Source of the DNA: Eledone cirrhosa
Taxonomy: Eukaryota
Direction: 5' to 3'
DNA: 64,000 nucleotides
NCBI GenBank assembly: GCA_964016885.1
Contig: OZ024750.1
Coordinates: 40,734,001-40,798,000, forward strand
In this document: positions 46,972-60,658 of the stretch, one piece after another
How positions within the stretch are numbered: position 1 is the stretch's first letter
Layout: the number at the start of each line of letters is the position of its first letter
Position numbers and translations under genes: made by a program
The notes under the pieces: model-generated
Told to the model about the DNA's origin: nothing
The model's database searches: none
The model's input: the letters and a program-made list of their open reading frames with translations, nothing else

Positions 46972-47728
46972 CAATTGAAGTTGTAACATGTGGTATTAAT
47001 TCCAGGACACATTGTATCAAATGTTATTTTACAAAATTAATTCCTTGGAAATTGAAATGAAATATTTTTCTTTTGTAAAACTTCATATGTAAAACACACT
47101 TAGCCACACTACTCTCTGAAGTATTGAGTACTTTACTTTCGATCTCTATGCCCTGTTCTCATCAACAAAATACAGGACACATGTGAAATTTTATCTAGCA
47201 TTTAACTCTTTTCTTCTGGAATTTAATTTTTATTTTCATTCTTGAAAAGCTAGGATTTGAACTTGTAACCTTAATTTACTAACGATTAGTAATTACAGAC
47301 TTAATGAACATTTCATTACTGAGTCATCATCATCTCTTTGATTCAAGTCTTAAATTGTTTAATAAGCTTTATAGTTGTACCCCGTCTTGTCACTAAATAG
47401 CATGTTGTGTTCAAGATTAAATCTTGTAATATAGGTTTGGAACACTTAAAATATTGAGGATTTATTTGAGAGAAAGTTTAGCTAGAGAAGTCAAGCATCT
47501 TATGTTGAAACTTCCTAATTGACTTGAGATTATAAAGTTACTTATAAACACCATTAGTAAGAATTTCACTAGTTTAACTGGCAGACAATTCTGCTGGAAT
47601 CCCAAAGGCTTTGAGCATCTTTTCTTGTTAAATTTTCTTTTGTCATTTCGTTTAATTTTTCAATGCAAGTTTAATAATTTGTTCAGCGTTGTATATACTT
47701 GTGTGTGTGTATGAGATTTGTATATATT

Positions 47729-48325
47729 CAGAGAGTTCTAATATACCTCTGTTCTATATATCTATCTATCATATAAGAGAGTTCTAATATACCTCTGTTC
47801 AATATGAGTCTATCATATATATTTAGAGAGTACTAATATATCCCTATTCTACATATCTATCTGTCGTATAAGAGAGTTCTACTAATATACCTCTGTTCTA
47901 TATGTGTCTATCATATATATTAGAGAGTTCTAATATACCTCTGTTCTATATATATAATATATCTATCATATATATTAGAGAGTTCTACTAATATACCTCT
48001 GTTCTATATGTGTCTATCATATATATTAGAGAGTTCTAATAATAATACACCTCTGTTCTATATATATCTATCATATATATTAGAGAGTTCTAATAATATA
48101 CTTCTGTTCTATATGTGTCTATCATATATATTTAGAGAGTTCTACTAATATACCTCTGTTCTATATATATATATATATATTAGAGAGTTCTACTAATATA
48201 CCTCTGTTCTATATATATCTATCATATATATTAGAGAGTTCTAATAATACACCTCTGTTCTGTATATATGTCTATTATATATATTTAGAGAGTTCTACTA
48301 ATGTACTCCTGTTCTATATATATAT
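47729..48325. repeat. ~45-50-bp AT-rich minisatellite (agagagttctaatatacctctgttcta...)
   Basis: Direct periodicity. Confidence 0.85.
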
Positions 48326-48773
48326 ATCACATTAGACTATAATGATGATGCTAATGTGTGTGTATATATGTATGTATATATGTGTGTATGTATGTATGTG
48401 TGTGTGTATATATATGTATGTATATATGTGTATGTATGTATGTATGTATGTATGTGTGTGTGTGTATATATGTATGTATATATGTGTGTATGTGTGTGTA
48501 TATGTGTGTGTATATGTATGTATGTGTGTATGTGTGTGTGCTGTGTTCCTTTTCTTGTTTAAATTATTATTTTAACTTCTAATATGTTTCTTACATCAAC
48601 TCTTCCTATTTTAAAATCTTATGTGTTACTAACAGAAGCTGTTTACTTTGGAATCCCAGCTTTTCAAATCAGAGTGTTTTGAAAAACTGGGAACTTCAGT
48701 AAAACTTCCAAGTAAACAGCTTCTATTAATAACAAATATTATTTTGACTCTATAATTAGTGTATGAATGCAAT

Positions 48774-48992
48774 CTTTCAGGGTGTATTTAATGAGTTTAT
48801 TCCATGGACCTTTCAGGGTGTTTTTAATGTGTTTATTCCATAGACCTTTGAGGGTGTATTTAATGTGTTTATTCCACAGACTTTTCAGGGTGTATTTAAT
48901 GTGTTTATTCCACGGACCTTTCAGGGTGTATTTCATGTGTTTATTCCATGGATCTTTCAGGGTGTATCTAATGTGTTTATTATACGGACCTA
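48774..48992. repeat. 36-bp minisatellite
   Basis: tttcagggtgtatttaatgtgtttattccatggacc. Confidence 0.9.
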
Positions 48993-49063
48993 TAGAATTA
49001 ACTTTTATTTTTAAATCCCCTTGAAATTGCCACACACAACAATAAGATCACCTTTAATGATAT

Positions 49064-49117
49064 ATCATCATCATCATTTTACATCCGCTTTTCCCTGCTT
49101 GCAAGGGTTGGACGGGT

Positions 49118-49154
<37 letters not shown>

Positions 49155-49427
49155 AGCAAGTGCCCAGTCCACACTGTAAAGTGGTAGTGTAGGTGACACA
49201 ACAAAAATCAGCCAGTCCACGCTGTAAAGTAGTTGTGTAGATAACTCGGCAAAAAGCACCCAGCACTCACTGTAAATTAGGTTGGTGTTAGGAAGGGCAT
49301 CCAGCTGTAGAAACCAAGCCAAAATCAGTTGTGTGAGTGAATCACATTCCCTCAACTTGATCCCTCACAAACGGACAGCCCGTCCTACCCATGCTAGTGT
49401 GGAATATGGACGTTAAATGATGATGAT
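49064..49427. mobile_element. RTE/SINE tail (-, 49064-49117) and 5'-truncated SINE (+, 49160-49427) flanking (TA)n
   Basis: Shared tail motifs and (GAT)n. Confidence 0.7.
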
Positions 49428-49599
49428 ATGTGTGTGTGTGTGCATGTGTAATTGATGGACGTGAGTAAAAGTACTCAATACTGAAGTGGTTTCAATATCC
49501 ATTTATTGTAGCTAAGCAGTGGCCTTGTTACTCTAGAGTATCACTTGTGTACTCACAGGCTCATCAGACAAGTCTTGTACTTGTCTGCGTATAAGACTA

Positions 49600-49732
49600 G
49601 TCTGAGTGTGAGACGTGTCTGAGTGCGAGACGTGTCTGAGTGCGAGACGTGTCTGAGTGCGAGACGTGTCTGAGTGCGAGAGGTGTCTGAGTGCGAGAGG
49701 TGTCTGAGTGCGAGACGTGTCTGAGTGTAAGA
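49600..49732. repeat. 17-bp minisatellite (gtctgagtgcgagacgt)n
   Basis: Direct periodicity. Confidence 0.9.
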
Positions 49733-50231
49733 CTTATACACTCCACAAAACAAGTCATATATAACATTTACCTACAAAATCAATACTTACTATAAATAAA
49801 TTCCTTCAGTAAACCATTTACATTTTCCCAATATAGAAACTAATAATGAATAAAATTGAAACTAGACATACCATATGTCTCATAAAACAACACCAAGTTA
49901 CAAAATATACATCACCGATAGAAAACTAACACCAGCCACACACAAACCCTTCTAGTAAATCATACATTTTACCAATATAAAAAGTGTAGTTAAAGAATAA
50001 AAAATTAAAATACCACAGACATTCTTGTACAGAGGTGACAGGCTTCATCAGGCCACAGCTGTTACTATCACCCAGTTTCTGTTGTAACTGCAGCAACCAG
50101 GCTATCTGTATCATGACCTTATACTATGTACTTCTCAATATTTGTAGTTCATAACTTACCCTATTTCAGTTGATGGCACTGAACATATACTTCTTCCATT
50201 TTAACAAACTACCCCACTTGTTAATTCTTTT

Positions 50232-50807
50232 TTAACCCTTTACTATTTACATTACTCTATATATACTATTATATTTTCACAGTAAAGGTTTTACCTCACA
50301 TAATATCTCACATAACATTTACATTACTCTATATATACTATTGTATTTTCACAGTAAAGGCTTTACCTCACATAATATCTTACATAATATTTACATTACT
50401 CTATATATACTATTATATTTTCACAGTAAAGGCTTTACCTCACATAATATCTTACATAATATTTACATTACTCTATATATACTATTGTATTTTCACAGTA
50501 AAGGCTTTACCTCACATAATATCTCACATAACATTTACATTACTCAATATATTATTTTTGCATTTTCACAGTAAAGGCTTTACCTCACATAATATCTTAC
50601 ATAATATTTACATTAGTCTATATATACTATTATATTTTCATGTTAAAGGTTTTACCTCACATAATATCGAATCTACAAGATATTGATATTATTTATTTTG
50701 GGAACAATACCTTAACATCAGTATGAGTTGCCAGTTACAACTGGTTTGAAAGGAAAGAGGTGAGAGAATTCTGGCCAGATATGCCGGTTTAAATGCTAAA
50801 GGGTTAA
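50232..50807 (+). mobile_element. MITE family A with an internal 72-bp expansion (~6 units) and no LINE insertion
   Basis: ttaacccttta..., 72-bp units from 50246, 50318, 50390, ..., then normal MITE body to aaatgctaaagggttaa. Confidence 0.92.
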
Positions 50808-51019
50808 ATGTTGCCTTTATGGAATGTTCAACCCAGTCACCAAGTCCACCACATGTTTTGGGAGACTATGCATCTACACCTGGAAAGCTCCTTTCAAAGG
50901 TGGTGGCCTAAATAATATTTTTGTGGAAAGCCGGCAGTTGTCTTCCCTCTCCATGCCATCGATATTGTCCTGAGGAAAGACAAAGGCTGATACAACTTCC
51001 TACCTGCGTCATTGTAGGT

Positions 51020-51654
51020 CAGGGGTCTCCAACCTTTTGGCTCCGCGGGCCGGATGCACATTTAATACTACTTATATACAAATAAACAATCATTTATTTA
51101 TCCCTTATGTTAGATTTGAAACAAAATTCAATATTGATAGCATGGAGGCACATGGCTTAGTGGTTAGAGCATTGGCCTTGCAATCGAAAGGTTGTGAGTT
51201 CAATTCTCAGACCGGGTGATGTGTTGTTTCCTTGAGCAAGACACTTTATTTCACATTGCTCCAGTTTACTCAGCTGTAGAAATGAGATGATAGGGACCCC
51301 AGTCCCTATCATTCCACTGCAAAGTGGTCGTGGAGGTGCCACGGCAAAAAAGCACCCAGCACTCACTGTAAATGAGGTTGGTGTTAGGAAGGGCATCCAG
51401 CTGTAGAAATCAAGCCAGAATCAGTTCCCATCCCACCCTTGCAAGCAGGGAAAAAGCGGACGTAAAATGATGATGATGATGATACTTAGAGCTGTCCCAA
51501 GCAGAAAAATACATTTAAACATTGTTTTATTTGGCAATATTGAAGATCGGGTGCAAATTTATTGCAAACTGTACCCTTTTTAGAACACTCGTGGGCAGGA
51601 TAAAGGCCTTCGCGGGCCGGATGTGGCTCGCGGGCCGGGGCTTGGGGACCCCTG
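51020..51654. mobile_element. hAT-type MITE with 8-bp TSD, interrupted by a SINE
   Basis: TIRs caggggtctccaa / ttggggacccctg; TSD ttgtaggt at 51012-51019 and 51655-51662. Confidence 0.92.
51144..51483 (+). mobile_element. Full-length SINE family 1
   Basis: Near-identical to 29123-29464. Confidence 0.9.
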
Positions 51655-51964
51655 TTGTAGGTGTATACAGAACACAGAGCTGAAAAGCATGCAACAAAAC
51701 AGATAATTGAGTCAGTCCATTTATGGTATTAGGTAGAAGTAGTATGTAAACTGGACATTACACTGTTCTTTCTCCCTCAGTGGTTGGTGACAGTTTTAAA
51801 GTGTTCAGTCAATAATAGATATTGATTTCTAACTTAGGTACAAGGTCAGCAAATATTTTTGGAAGGGGAAATTTGATTAAATCAACCCTAGTGTTTGAGG
51901 GGAGGGTGGGTACTTTATTTTATTGGTCATGGAAGGTAAAAGGCAATATTCACTGTGAAGACAC

Positions 51965-52740
51965 TTCCACTCCATTGAATAGAGGGACAGTGTTCTTACC
52001 AGCACTTCACTGAGTGGAGGGACAATGTTCTTATCAGCACTCCACTGAATAGAGGGACAGTGTTCTCACCAGCACTTCACTGAGTGGAGGGATAGTGTTC
52101 TCACCAACACTCCACTGAATAGAGGGACAGTGTTCTCACCAGCACTTCACTGAGTGGAGGGACAGTGTTCTTACCAGCACTTCACTGAGTGGAGGGACAG
52201 TGTTCTTACCAGCACTCCACTGAATAGAGGGACAGTGTTCTTACCAGCACTTCACTGAGTGGAGGGACAGTGTTCTTACCAACACTCCACTGAATAGAGG
52301 GACAGTGTTCTTACCAGCACTCCACTGAGTGGAGGGACAGTGTTCTTACCAGCACTCCACTGAATAGAGGGACAGTTTTCTCACCACCACTCCACTGAGT
52401 GGAGGGACAATATTCTCACTACCACTTCACTGAGTGGAGGGACAATATTCACTCTAGCTCAGCCTATACTCCATATCCAGCAATGTAGGGAGTACAGAAC
52501 TCTACCCTACCTCCCCCTCTCTACCACTGATGTCGCTACCACTTTACCTCCCCTTCCTCCGCTCTCTACCACTGATGTTGTTACCACCTTTACCTCCCCC
52601 TCTCTAATTACCACTGGTGTTCCTACCACCCTACCTCCCCCTCTCTAATTACCACTGGTGTTCCTACCACCCTACCTCCCCCTCTCTCATTACCACTGGT
52701 GTTCCAACCCCCCCCCCTCTCTAATAACCACCAATGTTGC
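51965..52740. repeat. 35-bp minisatellite (to ~52450) followed by a ~38-bp C-rich minisatellite
   Basis: Direct periodicity. Confidence 0.85.
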
Positions 52741-53268
52741 TGCCATCTTCCTATTTACCCACCAATTGGATTCTCTTTTTGCCTCACTCTATATTTCAGC
52801 CAATCATATTCAAGCAATAATTTGACTACACACACACACACATGTATACATACACACACATGTACGTATACATACACACATATATATATATGTAATTATG
52901 TGTGTATACATATATGTATGTGTAATTATGTGTGTGTGTGTTTACTTACAAACATTCATGTATGTATATGCTGACATTTGTGCATGCACACACATATATA
53001 CCTATATATTTACATATATATTTACATACACTCATGCAAACACAAACAGATAAATGTATATGTATGTGCATATATATATATATATATATATATGTGTATG
53101 TGTATATATATATATATATATATATGCGTGTGTGTATATGTATATATATATATATGTGTGTGTGTATGTGTATATATATATGTGTGTGTGTATGTGTGTA
53201 TGTGTATATATATGTGTGTGTGTATGTGTGTATGTGTATATATATATATATGTGTGTGTGTGTATGTG

Positions 53269-53305
<37 letters not shown>

Positions 53306-53620
53306 ATATGTGTGTGTATATATATGTGTGTGTGTGTATATATATGTATGTGTGTGTGTGTGTATATATATATGTGTGTGTATATATATGCATATATATG
53401 TGTATATATATGTGTGTGTATATATATGTATATATATATATGTGTGTGTATATATGTATATATATATATGTGTATATATATATATATGTGTATATATATA
53501 TATATGTGTATATATATATATATATGTGTATATATATATATATATGTGTATATATATATATATATATGTGTGTGTGTATATATATATATATATGTGTGTG
53601 TGTGTATATATATATATATA

Positions 53621-53889
<269 letters not shown>

Positions 53890-54031
53890 TTCCCACTCTA
53901 CTACCCTAAGTATTGAGTACTTTGGTGCGTTATGGTCCACCTGGTTCCTTACCACAATTCCTTTGTTATATATATATATGAATATATATATATGTATGTG
54001 TGTATATATATATGTATAAGCCATTTTTCAT

Positions 54032-54201
54032 TCATCATCATCATCATCATCATCATACGTCCGCTTTTCCCTGCTTGCAAGGGTGGGACAGGTCTTATTC
54101 AGCACAGCATCTCTCCACTCGTCACGGTCCTTCATCATCTCCTCCGTGAGCTTCAACGATTTGAGGTCTGTACTCACCACCTCCGCCCATGTTTTTCGTG
54201 G
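54032..54201 (-). pseudogene. Extreme 3' end of an RTE LINE (partner of SINE family 1)
   Basis: Reverse translation [37 protein letters not shown], running into cccacccttgcaagcagggaaaagcggacgta(tga)n. Confidence 0.85.
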
Positions 54202-54236
<35 letters not shown>

Positions 54237-54326
54237 GTATATGTATGTATATATATATATATGTATGTATATATATATATATGTATGTATATATATATAT
54301 ATATATGTATGTATATATATATATAT

Positions 54327-55853
54327 CAGGGCTCTGTTCTTTGCCCTTCAGGCTATAACAGAGGAGTTCAAGACCGGCTGCCCATGGGAACTCCTATACG
54401 CAGACGATCTAACGCTCATAGCTGAATCAATGGCTGAACTAGAGAAGAAATTCCAAACATGGAAGCACGGCCTAGAATCAAAAGGCCTTAAAATTAACCT
54501 GGCTAAGACTAAAGTTCTAGTTTGTAGGAAAGAAAATAAGGCGGCAGTCCCATCTGGGAAATGGCCATGCTCAGTGTGTAGGAAAGGCGTAGGTAGAAAC
54601 TCCATTTTTTGTCCCAAATGCAAAGTATGGGTGCATAAAAGATGTAGTGGGATCACAGGTAAGCTAACTAAGAACATAGATTTTACATGTGGCCGGTGCT
54701 CTGGTGCAATAAGTAGCAGCAAGTGCCCACAAAATACTAGCTCCTTCAACTGCGCAGAGGGTTCTATAGAAATAGTGGACAGCTTCCGTTACCTGGGTGA
54801 CAAAATCAGCAGTGGGGGAGGGTGCTCTGAAAGTACAGTAGCTAGAGTCAGAACTGGATGGAAAAAGTTCAGAGAGCTTATACCACTATTAGCCGCTAGA
54901 GGGTTCTCCCTAAAAATGAAAGGCAGGTTATACGATGCCTGCATACGAACAGCAATGCTGCATGGCAGTGAGACCTGGGCATTGTGTGCAGAGGATATAT
55001 GCAGACTAGAGAGGAACGAAGCTTGCATGCTCCGCTGGATGTGCAATAGTAATATACGTGAACGGCAAAGCATAAACGAACTAAGGAAAAAATTAGAAAT
55101 AAGAGGGATCAGATGTTGTTTACTCGAGAGAAGGCTACGTTGGTACGGTCACGTGATGCGCATGAAAGATGACAGCTGTATAACAAAGTGCAGGGCAATA
55201 AAGATAGACGGTAGCCACGGAGTAGGCAGACCCAGAAAAACATGGGACGAGCTGATAAATTCCGACCTCACACGCTTACACCTCTCCAAGACAATGTCAC
55301 TGGACCGAGACCTTTGGCGGTACTCAGTAATAGAGAAGACCCGCCTCACCTAAATACAAAGTAAAAACCTACTACAGTCAGTAGGCATCTCTATCAAAAC
55401 ACCCCTCCCGTCCCACCACCTCCACCCCATCCACACCGCCCCTTTCAATGTAAAGTTATGTTGGTCCCACAACATCCAGGCCGAAACAAATGAGATCGTG
55501 TAGGTGTCACGACAAAAAAAACACACAGTCCACGCTGTAAATGTGGCCGTGTAGGCAACACGGTAAAAACCTCCCAGCCCCACACTGTAAATGTGGTTGG
55601 TGTTAGGAAGGGCATCCAGCTGTAGAAAACCCGCCAGACAGTCCATGCTGTAATGTGGCCGTGTAGGCAACACGGTAAAAACCTCCCAGCCCCACACTGT
55701 AAATGTGGTTGGTGTTAGGAAGGGCATCCAACTGTAGAAAACCCGCCAGACAGTCCTATGCGAGCAAGACAACCACTCTTGCCTCAAGTGGGAAAACCCC
55801 CGTCCAAACCCATGCAAGCGTGGAACACGGACGCTAAACCTGATGATGATGAT
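54327..55853 (+). mobile_element. 5'-truncated RTE-clade LINE (RT C-terminal half with PHD-like finger; coding to 55353; 3' UTR with (GAT)n tail)
   Basis: QGSV, LLYADD, GLKINLAKTK, CSVC..CPKC..HKRC..CGRC, FRYLG, HGSETW, LRWYGHVMRM, GRPRKTW. Confidence 0.9.
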
Positions 55854-55946
55854 GTATGTATATATATATGTATGTATATATATATGTATGTATATATATA
55901 TGTTTGTATATATATATATGTTTGTATATATATATATGTATATATG

Positions 55947-55977
<31 letters not shown>

Positions 55978-56149
55978 GTATGTGTATATATATATATATT
56001 TATGTATATATATATATATATTTAAGTGGACTACCTATAACGATAATTTGTTATCCCATATATATATATATATATATATATGTATTTATATATATATATA
56101 TATAAATATATATATATTTATATATATATATATAAATATATATATAAAT

Positions 56150-56180
<31 letters not shown>

Positions 56181-56183
56181 AAT

Positions 56184-56214
<31 letters not shown>

Positions 56215-59200
56215 AATATATATATTTATATATATATATGTATATATATGTATATATATATATATGTATATATATGTATGTGTGTATATGTATATTTATA
56301 TATATATGTATGTATGTGTGTATATGTATATATATATATGTATGTATGTGTGTATATGTATATATATATATGTATGTATGTATGTGTGTATATGCATATA
56401 TATATATATGTATGTGTGTATATGTATATTTATATATATGTATGTGTGTATATGTATATATATGTATGTGTGTATATGTATATATATATATATATGTATG
56501 TACGTGTATATGTATATATATATATGTATCTGTATATACCTGTATATATATATATGTATGTGTATATGTATATATATATATATATATATATGTGTATATA
56601 TGTATGTATATGTATATTTATATAAATGTATGTATGTTTGTATGTGTAGTATGTATATTTATATATATATATATGTATGTATGTATGTTTGTATATGTTG
56701 TATGTATATGTGTATGTATATGTGTGTATGTATGTGTGTATTTATGTGTGTGTGTATATGTGTATATATATATGTGTGTGTATGTATATATGTGCTGTAT
56801 GTATATGTGCTGTATGTATATGTGACACATTCTAAATACACACACAATACCCATACACAGCACGCACACACACAATACACACACACACAGTACACATACT
56901 CACTACACACAGTACACACACATACACACACACAGTACACATATACACACTACACACAGTACACATATACACACTACACACAGTACACATATACACACTA
57001 CACACAGTACACATATACACACTACACACACACAATCTATTTTACCAAAACTTTGCTATTGTTCAGCCTTCAACATCACTGATAGCAGCAGCAGCAGCAG
57101 CAGGTAGAACTTCTATTTGGATACCTACCACCACCACTACTACTACCACTACCACCACCACTACCACCACTACTACTACTACTACCACCACCACCACCAC
57201 CACTACTACTACCACTACCACCACTACTACTACTACCACCACCACCACCACCACTACTACTACCACCTCCACCATTACCACCACTACTATTACCACCTCC
57301 ACCATTACCACTACTACTACCACCATTACCACTACTACTACTACCACCATTACCACTACTACTACTACTACCATTACCACTACTACTACCACCATTACCA
57401 CTACTACTACTACTACCATTACCACTACCATTACTACTACCACTACCACTACTATCACCACCACCATCATTAACACCGCCACCAACTACCAGCATTACTA
57501 CTATCATCACCACCACTACCACCACCACCACCAACACCACCCCCAACACCACCCCCACCGCCACCACCACCACCACTACCACCACCACCACTACCACCAC
57601 CACCACCACCACCACCACCAACACCACCCCCACCACCAACACCACCCCCACCACCACCACCACCACCACTACCACCACCACCACTACCACCACCACCACC
57701 ACCACCATCACCACCATGACCACCACTATCACCACCCCCACCACCACCACCACCATCATCACCACCACCAACACCACCACCACCACCACTACCACCACCC
57801 CCACCACCAACACCACCACCACCACCACCACCACCACTACCACCACTACCACCACCACCACCACCACCATCACCACCATGACCACCACTATCACCACCAC
57901 CACCACCACCACCATCACCACCATGACCACCACTATCACCACCACCACCACCACCACCACCACCACCACCAACACCACCACCACCGCTACCACCACCAAC
58001 ACCACCAACACTACCACCACCAACACCACCACCACTACCACCACCAACACCACCACCACTACCACCACCACTACCACCACCAACACCACCACCACTACTT
58101 TGCTAGCCATGTCACTACCATCACAGCCTCCACTACCACTATTACCATTACCATCTTTTCTAGCCAAGTCACACCACCACTACCACCACCACCACCACCA
58201 ACACCACCACCACCAACACCACTACCTCCACCACCACCACCACGACCACCACCAACACCACTACCACCACCACTACCACCAGCTGCTGCTGCTGCAGCTG
58301 TATCACCACCACCACCATCACCACCACCACCACCACCACCACCAGCTGCTGCTGCTGCAGCTGTATCACCACCACCACCATCACCACCACCACCACCACC
58401 ACCACCACCACCAGCTGCTGCTGCTGCAGCTGTATCACCACCACCACCATCACCACCACCACCACCACCACCACCAGCTGCTGCTGCTGCAGCTGTATCA
58501 CCACCACCACCATCACCACCACCACCACCACCACCACCAGCTGCTGCTGCTGCAGCTGTAGAGCTAGAAATTGTATTTAGTTAGATCTTCACTGCCACCA
58601 CCACCCATCATCATCATCATCACTACATTGGCCACACATTATAATTACCACCACCATCACCTCTAACACAACCATTATCATCACGCCCATCATCAGCATC
58701 ACCACCATTATCCCCACCGCTATCACCACCACCACCACCATTATCCCAACCACTGCCTTTACCACTAACACCACCACCACCATTATCCCCCCACACATAC
58801 ACTCCCATCACCACCATTATCCCTACCACCACCATTATCACCACTCCCATCATCACCATTACCACCACCACCATCACCACCACCACCATGACCACCACCA
58901 GCACCATTATCACCACCACCATCACCACCACCACCATTATCCCCACCACCACCACCATCATCACCACCACTGCCATCACCACCACCATCTTTATCACCAC
59001 CACCACCACCAGCAGTAGAAGAAATGGTACAGTGCTGCCCACCAGGCACACTCTCAACCCCACCCTCCCCCAGCACACCCGACCATTTCCTCTCTTTCCC
59101 TTCTCTCTCCCATTACTTCCTATCCCCCCTCCCTCCTGGAATGTATACAACCCAAGCCCCTCACCTTACTAAACCAGCCCTCTTTTACTTATTTATTTAG

Positions 59201-59759
59201 TTTTATCTTTAGTTTGGCCCCTTTCCTCCGCCTTTCACTACAGATAACTTTACACACTCAGTTTCCACAGCTGTCTCACTGTCTCCCTGCCTATCCATCT
59301 CTCTCTCTCTCTCTCTGTCAGTCTTTGTCTGTCTCTCTGTCTGTCTCTGTCTCTCTGTCTCTCTCTCTGTCTGTGTGTCTCTCTGTCTGCCTGTCTGGCT
59401 GCCTCTCTCTCTGTCTGCCTCTCTCTCTGTCAGTCTCTGTCTCTCTGTCTGCCTCTCTCTCTGTCTGCCTGTCTGGCTGCCTCTCTCTCTGTCTGCCTCT
59501 CTCTCTGTCAGTCTCTGTCTCTCTGTCTGCCTCTCTCTCTGTCTGCCTGTCTGGCTGCCTCTCTCTCTGTCTGCCTCTCTCTCTGTCTGCCTCTCTCTCT
59601 GTCAGTCTCTGTCTCTCTGTCTGCCTCTCTCTCTGTCTGCCTGTCTGGCTGCCTCTCTCTCTCTCTCTCTCTCTCTCTGTCTGCCTGTCTGGCTGTCTCT
59701 CTCTCTCTGTCTGGCTGTCTCTCTCTCTGTGTCTCTGTCTCTCTGTCTGGCTGCCCCTC

Positions 59760-59814
<55 letters not shown>

Positions 59815-59891
59815 GTCTGTCTGGCTGCCTATCTCTCTCTGTCTGCTTGTCTCTCTCTCTGTGTCTCTGTCTCTCTGTCTGGCTGCCCCTC

Positions 59892-59946
<55 letters not shown>

Positions 59947-60180
59947 GTCTGTCTGGCTGCCTATCTCTCTCTGTCTGCTTGTCTCTCTGTCTGTCTCTCT
60001 CTCAATCTTACTGTCTGCCTACCATCCTGTCCTCTTGTCTACTTGTCTGTCTGTCAACCTGTCTCTCTGTCTACCTGTCAGTCTGTCTGTCTACCTAATC
60101 ATCCGCCTACCTTCCTGTCTACCTTTGTATCTCTCTAACTTCCTGTTTACCTGACTATCTCTGTCTGTGTGTCTGCCTGT
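55854..60180. repeat. Microsatellite field: (TA)/(TG)/(CA), (CAC/TAC)n, (CT/CTGT)n
   Basis: Low complexity. Confidence 0.95.
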
Positions 60181-60658
60181 AGACTGTCTGTCTGTCCACC
60201 TACCAGTCTGTCTGTCTGTCCACCTACCCGTCTGTCTGTCTGTCCACCTACCTGTCTGTCTGTCTGTCCACCTACCCGTCTGTCTGTCTGTCCACCTACC
60301 TGTCTGTCTGTCTGTCCACCTACCAGTCTGTCTGTCTGTCCACCTACCTGTCTGTCTGTCTGTCTGTCCACCTACCAGTCTGTCTGTCTGTCTGTCCACC
60401 TACCAGTCTGTCTGTCTGTCTGTCCACCTACCATTCTGTCTGTCTGTCTGTCCACCTACCATTCTGTCTGTCTGTCTGTCCACCTACCAGTCTGTCTGTC
60501 TGTCTGTCCACCTACCATTCTGTCTGTCTGTCTGTCCACCTACCATTCTGTCTGTCTGTCCACCTACCATTCTGTCTGTCTGTCTGTCCACCTACCAGTC
60601 TGTATGTCTGTCCACCTACCAGTCTGTCTGTCTGTCCACCTACCTGTCTGTCTGTCTT
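60181..60658. repeat. (TCTG)n-ccacctaccag minisatellite, left arm
   Basis: Direct periodicity; same repeat resumes at 62273. Confidence 0.93.

Noticed and set aside
53932-54326. N-terminal part of the 473-aa ORF
   Set aside because: Read-through of microsatellite and an antisense RTE tail; only 54327-55353 is LINE coding sequence.
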